Assembly: GCA_041599395.1 (NCBI GenBank)
Contig: JBFHWR010000002.1
Location: forward strand, 1 to 37,749
DNA from: Gemmatimonadales bacterium
GTDB lineage: Bacteria > Gemmatimonadota > Gemmatimonadetes > Gemmatimonadales > GWC2-71-9
Direction of reading: 5' to 3'
Length of the DNA: 37,749 nucleotides
Shown here: positions 29,730-37,749 of the stretch, in pieces
How the letters are laid out: each line of letters begins with the position of its first letter
How positions within the stretch are numbered: position 1 is the first letter of the stretch
Position numbers and translations under genes: made by a program
The notes under the pieces: generated by a model
What the model was told of the DNA's origin: nothing
What the model saw: only the letters and a program-made list of their open reading frames with translations
Database searches by the model: none

Positions 29730-30143
29730 GTGACCTGGCGTTGCGCCGCGTATCTCTGGTCCGGGCCAACGACACTGCTGGGTTTGGGAATGGCACTCTG
29801 TGCGTTCGCGGGACGCGGAACGCTCCGCATCGTAGACGGTGTCATCGAAGTTCACGGTGCCGTCCCCCGGTTCTTCTTACGAGCGTTCCCGCCTCGCGGC
29901 GTTGCCGCGATCACCGTAGGGCACGTGGTTCTGGGATGTGATCCGGAGAGTCTCGCTCGCACCCGGGCGCATGAACGGGTCCACGTCAAACAGTGCGAGC
30001 GCTGGGGTCCCCTGTTCCTTCCGGCATACGTCGCGGCGGGTATCTGGGCTCTCCTCAGAGGGCGACACGTTTATCACGACAATTGGTTTGAGCGACAGGC
30101 AAGGCGCGAGGCCCTACGTGTTCGATCTGGTGATATTCGATAA
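29730..30143 (+). CDS. hypothetical membrane protein with HExxH motif
   Basis: GTG 29730 follows GAGGGAG. There are two hydrophobic segments, and AHERVHVKQCERWGPLF contains HERVH. I cannot name the family with confidence. Confidence 0.55.
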   Translation: MTWRCAAYLWSGPTTLLGLGMALCAFAGRGTLRIVDGVIEVHGAVPRFFLRAFPPRGVAAITVGHVVLGCDPESLARTRAHERVHVKQCERWGPLFLPAYVAAGIWALLRGRHVYHDNWFERQARREALRVRSGDIR

Positions 30144-30777
30144 CGACGGCGTCCTCGTCGACAGCGAACCGCACGCCAATGAGATTCTCGCCGCGCTGCT
30201 GACACAGGTCGGCCTGCCGACGACCTACGAAGACTCGATCGCCGAATTCATGGGTGGTTCGTTCGAACGGGTGCGGCGAATGGCGGAAGACCGGCTGGGA
30301 GAGGCATTGCCCGTCGACTTCGAAGATCAGTACCACGCTCGGCTCTTCGAACGCTTCCGGACGGCGCTCGAGCCAGTCCGGGATGTGGTTTGGGCGCTCG
30401 ACCGGATCGATATCCCGACCTGCGTGGCGTCGAGCGGGACGCACGATCGTATTCGAGTGAGTCTCGAGGTCACGGGACTGTATCCACGTTTCGCGGGACG
30501 CATTTACAGCGCCACCGACGTCGAGCGTGGTAAGCCGGCGCCGGATCTGTTTCTTCATGCTGCGCGGCGGCAGTCCGTTCCACCGCGCCGCTGTGCGGTG
30601 ATTGAAGACACGGCGCTTGGCATCGAGGCGGCGAATGCAGCCGGGATGACGAGTTTCGGGTTTGCGGCAATGGGACCGGTGGACAGGCTGGCACACGCGA
30701 CCGGCGGAATATTCCACAGCATGCGTGATCTCCCGGACTTGCTCCGCGCACCGGCCGGGGAGCAGTCGAGGATCTGA
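30118..30777 (+). CDS. HAD family hydrolase (beta-phosphoglucomutase/phosphatase-like, subfamily IA)
   Basis: Motif I is VIFDNDGVLVDSE, motif II is ASSG and motif III-IV is ..K...P.....A........C.VIEDT..GIEAANAAGM. Start is uncertain: GTG 30118 gives M-FDLVIFDNDG, TTG 30088 is the alternative, and the track ORF starts at 29938. It overlaps the previous gene. Confidence 0.8.
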   Translation: MFDLVIFDNDGVLVDSEPHANEILAALLTQVGLPTTYEDSIAEFMGGSFERVRRMAEDRLGEALPVDFEDQYHARLFERFRTALEPVRDVVWALDRIDIPTCVASSGTHDRIRVSLEVTGLYPRFAGRIYSATDVERGKPAPDLFLHAARRQSVPPRRCAVIEDTALGIEAANAAGMTSFGFAAMGPVDRLAHATGGIFHSMRDLPDLLRAPAGEQSRI

Positions 30778-30788
30778 TCAATCGGCGC

Positions 30789-31046
30789 TCACCGCCCTCT
30801 CGAGCGTTCCTGCCGGCGGAGCAGTTGTGCGATGACAAATCCAACGAGCCACACGGCGGCCAGGACACCGATCGTGATCACCGGGTAGCGAAAGAACCAC
30901 TTGAGCACGATCAGCAACACGATCCCGACGAGCACCACGGCAACGGTGCCCACGAGGATGACTTCGGCTCGATCGCGCCACGTCGCTTTCTGCTCCACCT
31001 GATACCTGCGGAGCCAAGGTCCAAGCTGTGGTCGGTTGCCCGCCAC
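30789..31046 (-). CDS. small hypothetical membrane protein (2 helices)
   Basis: GTG 31046 lies 7 nt after AAGGAGG. The hydrophobic stretches are VILVGTVAVVLVGIVLLIVL and VITIGVLAAVWLVGFVIAQLL. Confidence 0.5.
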   Translation of the reverse strand: MAGNRPQLGPWLRRYQVEQKATWRDRAEVILVGTVAVVLVGIVLLIVLKWFFRYPVITIGVLAAVWLVGFVIAQLLRRQERSRGR

Positions 31047-31230
31047 CGCTCCACCTCCTTCAGAGTCCGCGCTGGACGAAAGAGAACATGATGGCACCGG
31101 TGCGCGCTAGCACCGCTACGTCCGATCGATGAGACGGACCGCATCCCCGCCGTCTGTCCCGTGTATACTTCGTTGAGCCCAGGTGTGCCGTTAGCGGCAA
31201 GGAATGAGCGAACGCGAACCGGACGACGAT

Positions 31231-31710
31231 ATGCAGACCGTGACGTGGACACGAACCGTGATTGTCCTCGCAGCCGTGACCGTGGCGTGGTTCCCGTGCG
31301 GCGCAACGCGTGCCAGCGCCCAGGAACGCACCGCCGCCGATTCCAGTTCGCGCGAGGCGGACGAGCGCGACGCCACGCAGGCGGCGCTGGATTGGCTTCA
31401 GCTCGTCGATGACGGCAAGTACGCCGAATCGTGGGAGCAGGCAGCTGCAGCCTTCAAGAGGGCCGTCACGAAGGGCGCTTGGGAGCACAGCGTCGTCGCC
31501 GCGCGCTCTGCGTTCGAGCCGTTCGGGGAGCGGACCATATTCGTGGCGAGGTATACGACCGAGCTACCGAATGCGCAGCCTGGGGAATACTTCATCCTCC
31601 AGTATCGTACGCAGGTCCCCGGCCGGCGCACGGTGGTCGAGACGGTGGTGCCGATGCGAGACAGCGACGGATCGTGGCGCGTCGCTGGATACTTCGTGCG
31701 ACCTGAATGA
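31231..31710 (+). CDS. DUF4019 domain-containing protein, secreted
   Basis: The family-like pattern is W..LVD.GKY..SW..A...F......W........R...G....R......LP..QPGEY....Y.T.......VE.V......DGSWRV.GYF. The signal peptide runs from ATG 31231 (ATG 31204 is the alternative). Confidence 0.7.
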   Translation: MQTVTWTRTVIVLAAVTVAWFPCGATRASAQERTAADSSSREADERDATQAALDWLQLVDDGKYAESWEQAAAAFKRAVTKGAWEHSVVAARSAFEPFGERTIFVARYTTELPNAQPGEYFILQYRTQVPGRRTVVETVVPMRDSDGSWRVAGYFVRPE

Positions 31711-31713
31711 TGT

Positions 31714-32787
31714 CTATTTGCGGTTTGCGCGCTCTTCGAGGGTTGCGCGTTCCAGGTCCAAGAGAAAGCGTTTGCGCCAGACCCCCCCGCCGTACCCACT
31801 CACGGCGCCGTCGGCGCGGATGATGCGGTGACAGGGAATCACGATGGCGATGCGGTTGTCGCTGTTGGCCCGCCCGATTGCGCGCACGGCCGTGGGTCTG
31901 CCGATGCTCTTCGCCTGTTCTTCGTACGTTTTCGTGCATCCATACGGAATGGCGCAGAGCGCCCTCCAGGCGGCACGTTGAAACGCCGTTCCCGGCAAGA
32001 CGACCTGGACCGTAAACCGCCTCAGATCACCGATGAAATAACGCTCCAGTTCGGCCTCGAGTTGGGCGAGATGCCTATGGTGCCCGGGGACGGCGACGCA
32101 CGCGAGGCGGGCGCTCAGTCGCTGGAGCTGGGTCGCGAGCGAGACGCGGTCGGCGAATTCCAGGAGGCACACTCCCTGCTCGGTTGCTGCGGCGATCATC
32201 GGGCCAAGCGGCGTGAGCACGCGCGCCAGCCATAGCTGGGTCGCGTCGCGGCTTTTGCCGGGCGTGGCACCAAAGAACCGTGCGAATGCGTCGCGGAATC
32301 CGCTCAGCGACTCAAACCCATAATCGTACGCGGTGCTCGTCATGGCCGCCCCCTGTTGCATCTGCCCGAGTGCCAGTCCGAGCCGGCGGGCTCGTTGGTA
32401 GGCATGGAACGTCATCCCGTGATGATGATGGAACCAGCGCCGAACGCGCGCGGGGTCCAGTGACATGGCCCGCAAGTCCGCGTCCGTCCACCGGCGGGCG
32501 GGATCCCGTTCGACCTCGGACATCAGGTCCTCCAACCATTGCGGCGCGTGTCCGTTCAGTTTGGTCGGGAGGCACCGCTTGCACGGCCGATAGCCGGCTC
32601 CGGTGGCGTCCCGGGCCGACGCAAAGAATTCAACGTTTTCGCGAGACGGCTTCTTGGCGGGGCAGCTCGGCCGGCAGAAGATGCCTGTCGTCCGCACCCC
32701 TGTGAAAAACACGCCGTCGTACGCGGTATCACGGCGTGTGAAGGCCTTGTACATCTCGTCGGTTGGGGGCATCTTCGCGTCGATCAT
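31714..32787 (-). CDS. ada: bifunctional Ada: methylphosphotriester-DNA methyltransferase / AraC-type activator / O6-methylguanine-DNA methyltransferase
   Basis: The N-Ada zinc site is VRTTGIFCRPSCPAK...YRPCKRC. An AraC HTH middle region follows. The C-terminus has YGCTKTYEEQA..IGRPTAVRAIGRANSDN and the active site IPCHRII. Confidence 0.92.
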   Translation of the reverse strand: MIDAKMPPTDEMYKAFTRRDTAYDGVFFTGVRTTGIFCRPSCPAKKPSRENVEFFASARDATGAGYRPCKRCLPTKLNGHAPQWLEDLMSEVERDPARRWTDADLRAMSLDPARVRRWFHHHHGMTFHAYQRARRLGLALGQMQQGAAMTSTAYDYGFESLSGFRDAFARFFGATPGKSRDATQLWLARVLTPLGPMIAAATEQGVCLLEFADRVSLATQLQRLSARLACVAVPGHHRHLAQLEAELERYFIGDLRRFTVQVVLPGTAFQRAAWRALCAIPYGCTKTYEEQAKSIGRPTAVRAIGRANSDNRIAIVIPCHRIIRADGAVSGYGGGVWRKRFLLDLERATLEERANRK

Positions 32788-32834
32788 GACTGCAATCTAA
32801 GATGGTCGGGGAACCGGTCTACCGAAATCTGAAC

Positions 32835-33605
32835 ATGGAATTCCCATCTCACTGGCTCGAGCTGCTTACCGAGATCGCGGACCGCGCCGACGAGATCGCG
32901 TTGCGGTTCTTTCGGGCACGTGACCTACCGGTAGATGCCAAGTCCGATGGGAGTCCGGTGTCGGCGGCGGATCGCGCCATTGAAGAAATGGCACGGGTCG
33001 TCGCCCGCAAGCACTTTCCCACCCTCGGCGTTTTTGGGGAAGAAGAGGGAGACGCGCCCGGAGGGAGTGCCCAGCGGCTGATCATCGATCCGATCGACGG
33101 AACCAGGAACTTCGTCCGCGGCATTCCCATCTTTGCCACGTTGCTCGCGATCGAGGACGGTGACGACGTGGTGGCAGGAATGGTCAGCGCGCCCGCGCTG
33201 CGGTCGCGTTGGAGTGCCGCCCGGGGGCACGGGGCGTACCAGGCCGACCGCCGGCTTCAGGTCTCGAGCGTCGCCTCCCTCGAGCGCGCGCAACTCTTTC
33301 ACGGCGATGTCGGTGCAACGCGGGAGCCGCATCCGCCAACCGGAATGTTTGCCATGATTCGACAGGTCGAGCGTACTCGAGGATTCGGTGATTTTTATCA
33401 ACACATGCTCGTCGCCGAAGGCGCGGGGGAGTTCGCGATCGATCCGGGCGTGAACCCTTGGGACATTGCCCCGATGCTGGTCATCCTCGAAGAAGCGGGT
33501 GGGCGCGCCACCTCGTTCGCCGGTGAGCGCACCATCTACGGTGGCAGCCTGGTGTCTACAAACGGTGTGCTCCACGAGGCGGCGCTGCGGGCGCTCGAGT
33601 CGTGA
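32835..33605 (+). CDS. inositol monophosphatase family protein (possibly histidinol-phosphatase HisN-type)
   Basis: Motifs are FGEEEG, IDPIDGTRNF and WDIAPMLVILEEAGG. Start is ATG 32835 or ATG 32802. Confidence 0.85.
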   Translation: MEFPSHWLELLTEIADRADEIALRFFRARDLPVDAKSDGSPVSAADRAIEEMARVVARKHFPTLGVFGEEEGDAPGGSAQRLIIDPIDGTRNFVRGIPIFATLLAIEDGDDVVAGMVSAPALRSRWSAARGHGAYQADRRLQVSSVASLERAQLFHGDVGATREPHPPTGMFAMIRQVERTRGFGDFYQHMLVAEGAGEFAIDPGVNPWDIAPMLVILEEAGGRATSFAGERTIYGGSLVSTNGVLHEAALRALES

Positions 33606-33621
33606 TCGTAGGGGACGACCC

Positions 33622-34083
33622 GTGCGCTCCGGCGAGTGGTTGGAACTTCACGGCGTTGTGGTCGAGGGATACGGCGTTGCATCGGGAACCGCGGCTGACA
33701 GCCCCTACCCGCGAGGCAGCATCGAACTGCAGGTGCCCTTCTTCAAGGATTGCGGTCTAGACCTGACACGGTTTCACCGCGGGACCCTCAACGTGTCAAT
33801 CGCGCCACTGAGGGCCTCGATGGTGAATCCCCGTTTCACCTTCCGATCCATCCTGTGGTCGCCGAGCCACGAACCGGAGGATTTCTCGTTTGCGCCTTGT
33901 CAGATCGCCCACGCCGAGGCCTGGCATGCAGGATTCGTGTACTACCCGCATCCGGAGACCAAGCCGCGCCACCATCACGATCCGTCGATACTGGAGATCA
34001 TTACCACGTACTTGACGGGTGTTGCGTATGGAGATGCGATCGACTTGTTGATAGGGGCGCGCGAGTTCACCGTGACGCGCTGA
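33622..34083 (+). CDS. hypothetical protein; weak DUF120 / CTP-dependent riboflavin-kinase-like motif pattern
   Basis: GTG 33622 follows AGGGGA. The stretch LHGVVVEGYGVASG....YP.GSIELQ.PFF...GLDL...HRGTLNVSI resembles the G.V.SG.G.G ... GTLN pattern. The assignment is tentative. Confidence 0.5.
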   Translation: MRSGEWLELHGVVVEGYGVASGTAADSPYPRGSIELQVPFFKDCGLDLTRFHRGTLNVSIAPLRASMVNPRFTFRSILWSPSHEPEDFSFAPCQIAHAEAWHAGFVYYPHPETKPRHHHDPSILEIITTYLTGVAYGDAIDLLIGAREFTVTR

Positions 34084-34097
34084 GGCGAACGTCGGAG

Positions 34098-34568
34098 ATG
34101 ACTGCGCTGCAACGCCAGTTCCTTGCCCTCGAGCCGCGATGGATCGGTGGGGCCAGACTCTTCAAACTCTATTTGCGGCGGGGCGTCCTCCACGCGGCAT
34201 GTGTGGGTGGGCAGAGTCGGGGCCTGCTCGAACGCGTGGCCCTGTGGGGTGAGTTGGCCTTTGTGTTTCGAAGCACCGTGCGGATCGACCGCCAGTTGGA
34301 AGGGAGCTATGATGCCATCGACCTCCCCTCCCCCGCGTTGATTGCTCGGGATGGGCGCAATTTCCGGATCGCGAGCGCGGAAATCGAACGTGTGATCCTG
34401 AAGCCACGGCGGCTTTGGTCGGTCCCGAAGGTATGGCGCCGCGCCTGCTCGGTCGGCTTCCGGCACAGGGGCGATGGACACACGCGGGTGCTCTGGGTCC
34501 GATGGGATGACGCCGAGCCCTTGCGAGGCGCGCTCGCAGCCATGGCGTTTCGTGTCGAGGGGCCATAG
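34098..34568 (+). CDS. hypothetical protein
   Basis: ATG 34098 follows GGAG. Third positions are G/C-rich. The composition is more protein-like than the long opposite-strand ORFs. I recognise no family. Confidence 0.5.
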   Translation: MTALQRQFLALEPRWIGGARLFKLYLRRGVLHAACVGGQSRGLLERVALWGELAFVFRSTVRIDRQLEGSYDAIDLPSPALIARDGRNFRIASAEIERVILKPRRLWSVPKVWRRACSVGFRHRGDGHTRVLWVRWDDAEPLRGALAAMAFRVEGP

Positions 34569-34682
34569 ACCACGCACAGCAAGCGGCTCGGGAGACGGCG
34601 CGTGACGTGTCCCAACGCGTGCACTGACACGCAGCGCACCGTTTCCGTATCTTGTCCGAATCCCTGACCTTCGAGACGGACG

Positions 34683-35225
34683 ATGTCGAACCTCGCCCTC
34701 CGTGAACGGCCCGCTCAAACCGAGTACGCCCCTTATTATGGAACGTATATCGACCTCGTGCCCGAGGGTGACGTGGTCGAAACGCTTGCCGGACAGATCG
34801 CAGAGACCCTCGCATTACTCGAGCCGCTGGACGAGCAGCAGGGGGAGTATCGGTACGCAAGGGGGAAGTGGAGTGTGAAGGACATCGTGGGACATCTCTG
34901 CGATACCGAGCGCATCTTTTCCCTCCGCGCGCTTCACTTCGCCCGAAACGACCCGGCTCCGTTGCCGGGAATGGAGCAGGACCCATACGTGCTGTGGGCG
35001 GAATCCGATCGGCGGACGCTTCATTCCCTGCTTACCGAATTGGCGGCTATTCGGACTGCCACGCTTGCGTTGTTCCGTGGCCTCGATACGGGCGTGTGGT
35101 CCCGCCGGGGGATGGCGGACGGGGTGGAGTTTACGGTGCGATCGCTCGCGTACATCATCGCGGGTCACGAGCTGCATCATGGACGCGTCATACGCGAGCG
35201 GTATCTGGGTCATTGGAGTACATGA
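34683..35225 (+). CDS. DinB family (DinB_2) four-helix-bundle protein
   Basis: The conserved His triad context is W.VKDIVGHLCDTERIF...., ....GHELHHG. Confidence 0.8.
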   Translation: MSNLALRERPAQTEYAPYYGTYIDLVPEGDVVETLAGQIAETLALLEPLDEQQGEYRYARGKWSVKDIVGHLCDTERIFSLRALHFARNDPAPLPGMEQDPYVLWAESDRRTLHSLLTELAAIRTATLALFRGLDTGVWSRRGMADGVEFTVRSLAYIIAGHELHHGRVIRERYLGHWST

Positions 35226-35638
35226 TCCGCACTAGACACGGTGACAATCACATGACTGACGCGACCTACACAGGGCTCACCAAGATCGGCCAGATATTCG
35301 TCAGAGTTTCGGATCTCGAGAAAGCAACGGAGTTTTATCGCGATGTGCTTGGGATGACGCACCTGTTTCAGGTCCCCAATATGTCGTTCTTCGATTGCGG
35401 CGGGGTGCGGTTGATGCTGGGTGTTCCCGAGAAGCCCGAGTACGATCACCCCGCGTCGATCATCTACTATGCAGTGGGCGAGATCCACGAGACATTTGCC
35501 GAACTGACGGCGCGGGGCGTGGCCTTTCGCGGCGAGCCACACTGCATCGCAAGGCTCCCCGACCATGAGCTGTGGATGGCGTTCTTCAACGACATCGATG
35601 GGAACGTGCTCGCGCTCATGAGTGAGGTGCGGGAGTAG
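35222..35638 (+). CDS. VOC family protein (glyoxalase/bleomycin-resistance fold)
   Basis: The sequence is IGQIFVRVSDLEKATEFYRDVLGM....... ....F.D.DGN.L.LM. ATG 35222 overlaps the DinB stop (ATGA). Confidence 0.8.
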   Translation: MIRTRHGDNHMTDATYTGLTKIGQIFVRVSDLEKATEFYRDVLGMTHLFQVPNMSFFDCGGVRLMLGVPEKPEYDHPASIIYYAVGEIHETFAELTARGVAFRGEPHCIARLPDHELWMAFFNDIDGNVLALMSEVRE

Positions 35639-35667
35639 GGCCCGGAACCGTGGCAGCCGGTGCGCGA

Positions 35668-36549
35668 ATGGACCCCGTGGCGGGTGCGGAATCGTACCGG
35701 GCCATCTATCGGGTGGTGCGACAGATACCGGAGGGAATGGTGGCGACGTACGGGCAGGTTGCGACGTTGGCCGGGCTCCCGGGCCACGCGCGACAAGTCG
35801 GGTACGCCTTGCACGCCCTCGCCGACGGGAGTGGGGTGCCGTGGCACCGGGTCATCAACGCGCGCGGTCGAGTGAGCCGTCGCGCCGACCCCGGATACGA
35901 GCGGCTGCAACGCGCCCTGCTGGAGGCTGAGGGCGTGGTCTTTGAGCCGTCCAGCCACGTGTCGCTAGCGCGGTTTGGCTGGCGCCGTCGCCTTCCCGCC
36001 AACGCGGCCCTGATCATCATCGATGTGCAAAAGGCGATTGACGATCCCAGCTGGGGCGAGCGCAATAATCCGCACGCGGAGGCAAACATGCAGCGGCTGC
36101 TCGCCGCGTGGCGGGCAACGCGCCGCCCCATCGTGCACGTCCGGCATTTATCCACGGAACCAAACTCCACCTACCGTCCCGGCCAGGAGGGCTGTGAGTT
36201 CAAAGATGCCGTATGGCCTCTGACCGGCGAGCACATCGTCGACAAACGGACGAACAGCGCCTTCATCCGCACGAATCTGGAAGATCACCTTCGGGCAGAG
36301 CGAGCGGACACCCTCATCGTCGTGGGTGTTATCACGAATAACTCGGTGGAAGCCACAGCGCGCATGGCCGGCAACCTCGGGTACACGACCTACGTCGTGG
36401 CCGACGCGACGGCGACCTTCGGGCGCAACGACTTCAATGGTGTGCAGCGAACGGCGGACGAAGTCCACGCCATGTCGCTCGCCAATTTGCAGGGCGAGTA
36501 CGCGGAGATCGTTCTCACCGACGATGTGCTGGAGCGGGTTGCATCGTGA
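35668..36549 (+). CDS. fusion protein: alkyltransferase-like (ATL/YbaZ-type MGMT DNA-binding domain, Cys replaced by Trp) + isochorismatase-fold hydrolase
   Basis: The N-terminal ~105 aa are collinear with E. coli YbaZ (IPEGMVATYGQVATLAGLPGHARQVGYAL....VPWHRVINARGRVS...LLEAEGVVF......RFGW). An isochorismatase fold follows immediately (ALIIIDVQ ; DKRTNSAF ; LIVVGVITNNSVEATAR). No stop or frameshift separates the two parts. Confidence 0.8.
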   Translation: MDPVAGAESYRAIYRVVRQIPEGMVATYGQVATLAGLPGHARQVGYALHALADGSGVPWHRVINARGRVSRRADPGYERLQRALLEAEGVVFEPSSHVSLARFGWRRRLPANAALIIIDVQKAIDDPSWGERNNPHAEANMQRLLAAWRATRRPIVHVRHLSTEPNSTYRPGQEGCEFKDAVWPLTGEHIVDKRTNSAFIRTNLEDHLRAERADTLIVVGVITNNSVEATARMAGNLGYTTYVVADATATFGRNDFNGVQRTADEVHAMSLANLQGEYAEIVLTDDVLERVAS

Positions 36550-36607
36550 GCCCCCGCGGGAGCATGAGCGCTTCGCACCGGCGGCGCCGTGCTCGTCCGT
36601 CTCGCGC

Positions 36608-37090
36608 GTGAACGAGGCGGCTCCGAAACGGGACGAGCAGTCACCCGGGGAGCGGCTGGCCCGGGTCCAGCGATTGGCGTACCTGCTCGACACGGCGGTC
36701 CGGATTCCGTGGACGCCGATCCGGTTTGGGGTGGATTCGGTGATCGGATTGGTGCCGGGATTAGGCGACGCCGTTGGCGCGGCGATGTCGGGATACATCA
36801 TGTACGAGGCCGCTCGGCTGGGTGCCTCGAAACGGGTGTTGCTGCGCATGCTGTACAATGTCGGCCTCGATGTGTTGGCCGGCGTCATTCCGATCGTCGG
36901 CGACCTGGTGGATGTGGTCTGGAGAGCGAACGACCGGAACGTCAGACTGCTCGAGCGGCATATCCACGATCCGGCCGGGACGAAATCCGCGACCGGTTGG
37001 TTTTTTGCAGCAATTACAGCAGCCCTCGCCGGGCTTGTGCTCGGCACTCTGGGCCTTGCGGCGTGGCTCGTCGCACTCATCATTCCCTAA
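36608..37090 (+). CDS. DUF4112 domain-containing membrane protein
   Basis: The family pattern is LLDTAVRIPWTPIRFGVDSVIGLVPGLGDAVGAAMSGYIMYEA..LG......RM..N...D...G.IP..GDL.D..W.AN.RN..LL. The first in-frame start after the upstream stop is GTG 36608. Confidence 0.75.
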   Translation: MNEAAPKRDEQSPGERLARVQRLAYLLDTAVRIPWTPIRFGVDSVIGLVPGLGDAVGAAMSGYIMYEAARLGASKRVLLRMLYNVGLDVLAGVIPIVGDLVDVVWRANDRNVRLLERHIHDPAGTKSATGWFFAAITAALAGLVLGTLGLAAWLVALIIP

Positions 37091-37162
37091 GCCGTTCCGC
37101 GTCGCCTTCTCGCCGATGGTGTGAGATACGATTCACGGTATATTTCTCCATCACTCAACCGG

Positions 37163-37642
37163 ATGCCGATCATGGCCAAGGCAACGTTTGCGGCTGGATG
37201 TTTCTGGGGTGTTGAAAGCGCGTTTCGGCAAATCGCGGGAGTGCGTTCGGCAACAGTGGGTTACACGGGAGGGACGCTCGAGAATCCCTCGTACCAAGAT
37301 GTGTGTTCCGGCCGGACGGGTCACGCTGAAGCCGTCGAAGTAGACTTCGATCCGGCTCTCACGTCATACGATGATCTGCTTGACGCGTTCTGGGGCATGC
37401 ACGACCCCACAACTCCCAATCGCCAGGGGCCGGATGTCGGCTCGCAATATCGGTCCGCGATCTTCGTCCACGACGCCGAGCAGGCCGATGCCGCGCACGC
37501 CTCCAAGGACCGGTGGCAAGCGACCGGACGGGTAGCAGGCCCGATCGTGACGGAGATCGTACCAGCATCGACCTTTTACCCGGCGGAGGAGTACCACCAG
37601 CAGTACTTTGCCAAACACGGAGTTTCCAGCCCGACGCATTGA
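37163..37642 (+). CDS. msrA: peptide-methionine (S)-S-oxide reductase
   Basis: Motifs are [18 protein letters not shown]...NPSY..VCSG.TGHAE.V.V.FDP, QG.D.G.QYRS.IF and AEEYHQQY. Start is ATG 37163 or ATG 37172. Confidence 0.92.
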   Translation: MPIMAKATFAAGCFWGVESAFRQIAGVRSATVGYTGGTLENPSYQDVCSGRTGHAEAVEVDFDPALTSYDDLLDAFWGMHDPTTPNRQGPDVGSQYRSAIFVHDAEQADAAHASKDRWQATGRVAGPIVTEIVPASTFYPAEEYHQQYFAKHGVSSPTH

Positions 37643-37655
37643 GACGAAACGCTTC

Positions 37656-37749
37656 ATGCTCGCGTCGAGCGCGCTTGCCGGTCCGATGATCGAGACGGCG
37701 CCGTACTATCCTGAGGACGAGGCGTACCTGATCGACCCGGAGCCGAACG
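37656..37749 (+). CDS. hypothetical protein, 5' fragment running off the right edge
   Basis: ATG 37656 opens MLASSALAGPMIETAPYYPEDEAYLIDPEPN.. with strongly G/C-biased third positions. I recognise no family. Confidence 0.35.
   Translation, partial: MLASSALAGPMIETAPYYPEDEAYLIDPEPN

Noticed and set aside
36148-36156. 8/9 match to a DnaA box (TTATCCACG)
   Set aside because: It is a single isolated occurrence inside a coding region. There is no cluster of boxes or AT-rich unwinding element anywhere near recF/gyrB.
36564-36611. 15-codon Arg-rich uORF (MSASHRRRRARPSRA) whose TGA overlaps the GTG start of the DUF4112 gene
   Set aside because: The only Shine-Dalgarno-like string (GGGAG, 36558..36562) lies 1 nt from the ATG, too close to function as an RBS. 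Short Arg-rich ORFs arise by chance in GC-rich DNA. It is noted only as a possible coupling element.

Overview
This is a GC-rich (by eye about 65%), densely coding bacterial chromosomal segment. I support about 46 protein-coding genes. I found no rRNA, tRNA, CRISPR array, transposase or integrase, so it reads as core chromosome, not an accessory island. The housekeeping anchor is a minus-strand block: ogt, a small lipoprotein, recF, a DUF721 protein and gyrB, with no dnaA or dnaN. Other content: peptidases (two M20, M16, M23, rhomboid); an ABC ATPase, a fused ABC-2/GldG-like permease and a DUF4340 protein in one operon; uppS coupled to a winged-helix regulator and a membrane protein; and a fadD / family-5 UDG / DUF1775 operon. 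There is also a marked concentration of DNA alkylation and base-damage genes (AlkD-like, Ogt, Ada, an ATL fusion, UDG, DinB-fold, VOC), plus msrA. The four most interesting observations are listed below.
1. An AhpD/CMD-family 'peroxidase-related enzyme' gene is split in the ORF track by one in-frame TGA. The TGA sits exactly at the second Cys of the N-x-C-x-Y-C redox motif and is followed by a SECIS-like hairpin. This makes it a candidate selenoprotein, or otherwise a very recent pseudogene.
2. A near-consensus sigma70-type promoter is followed within about 10 nt by a canonical intrinsic-terminator hairpin plus a U6 tract. Both lie in the short leader just upstream of the gyrB ribosome-binding site.
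3. A complete YbaZ/ATL-type alkyltransferase-like domain (PWHRV) is fused in one ORF to an isochorismatase-fold hydrolase whose expected nucleophile Cys is Ser.
4. A noncoding region of about 480 nt, rich in hairpins, precedes an uncharacterised protein made of two copies of one domain.
Many long antisense or alternative-frame ORFs in the track are GC-driven shadow ORFs and were rejected. All functional calls come from motif and family recognition by eye. No database search was run.
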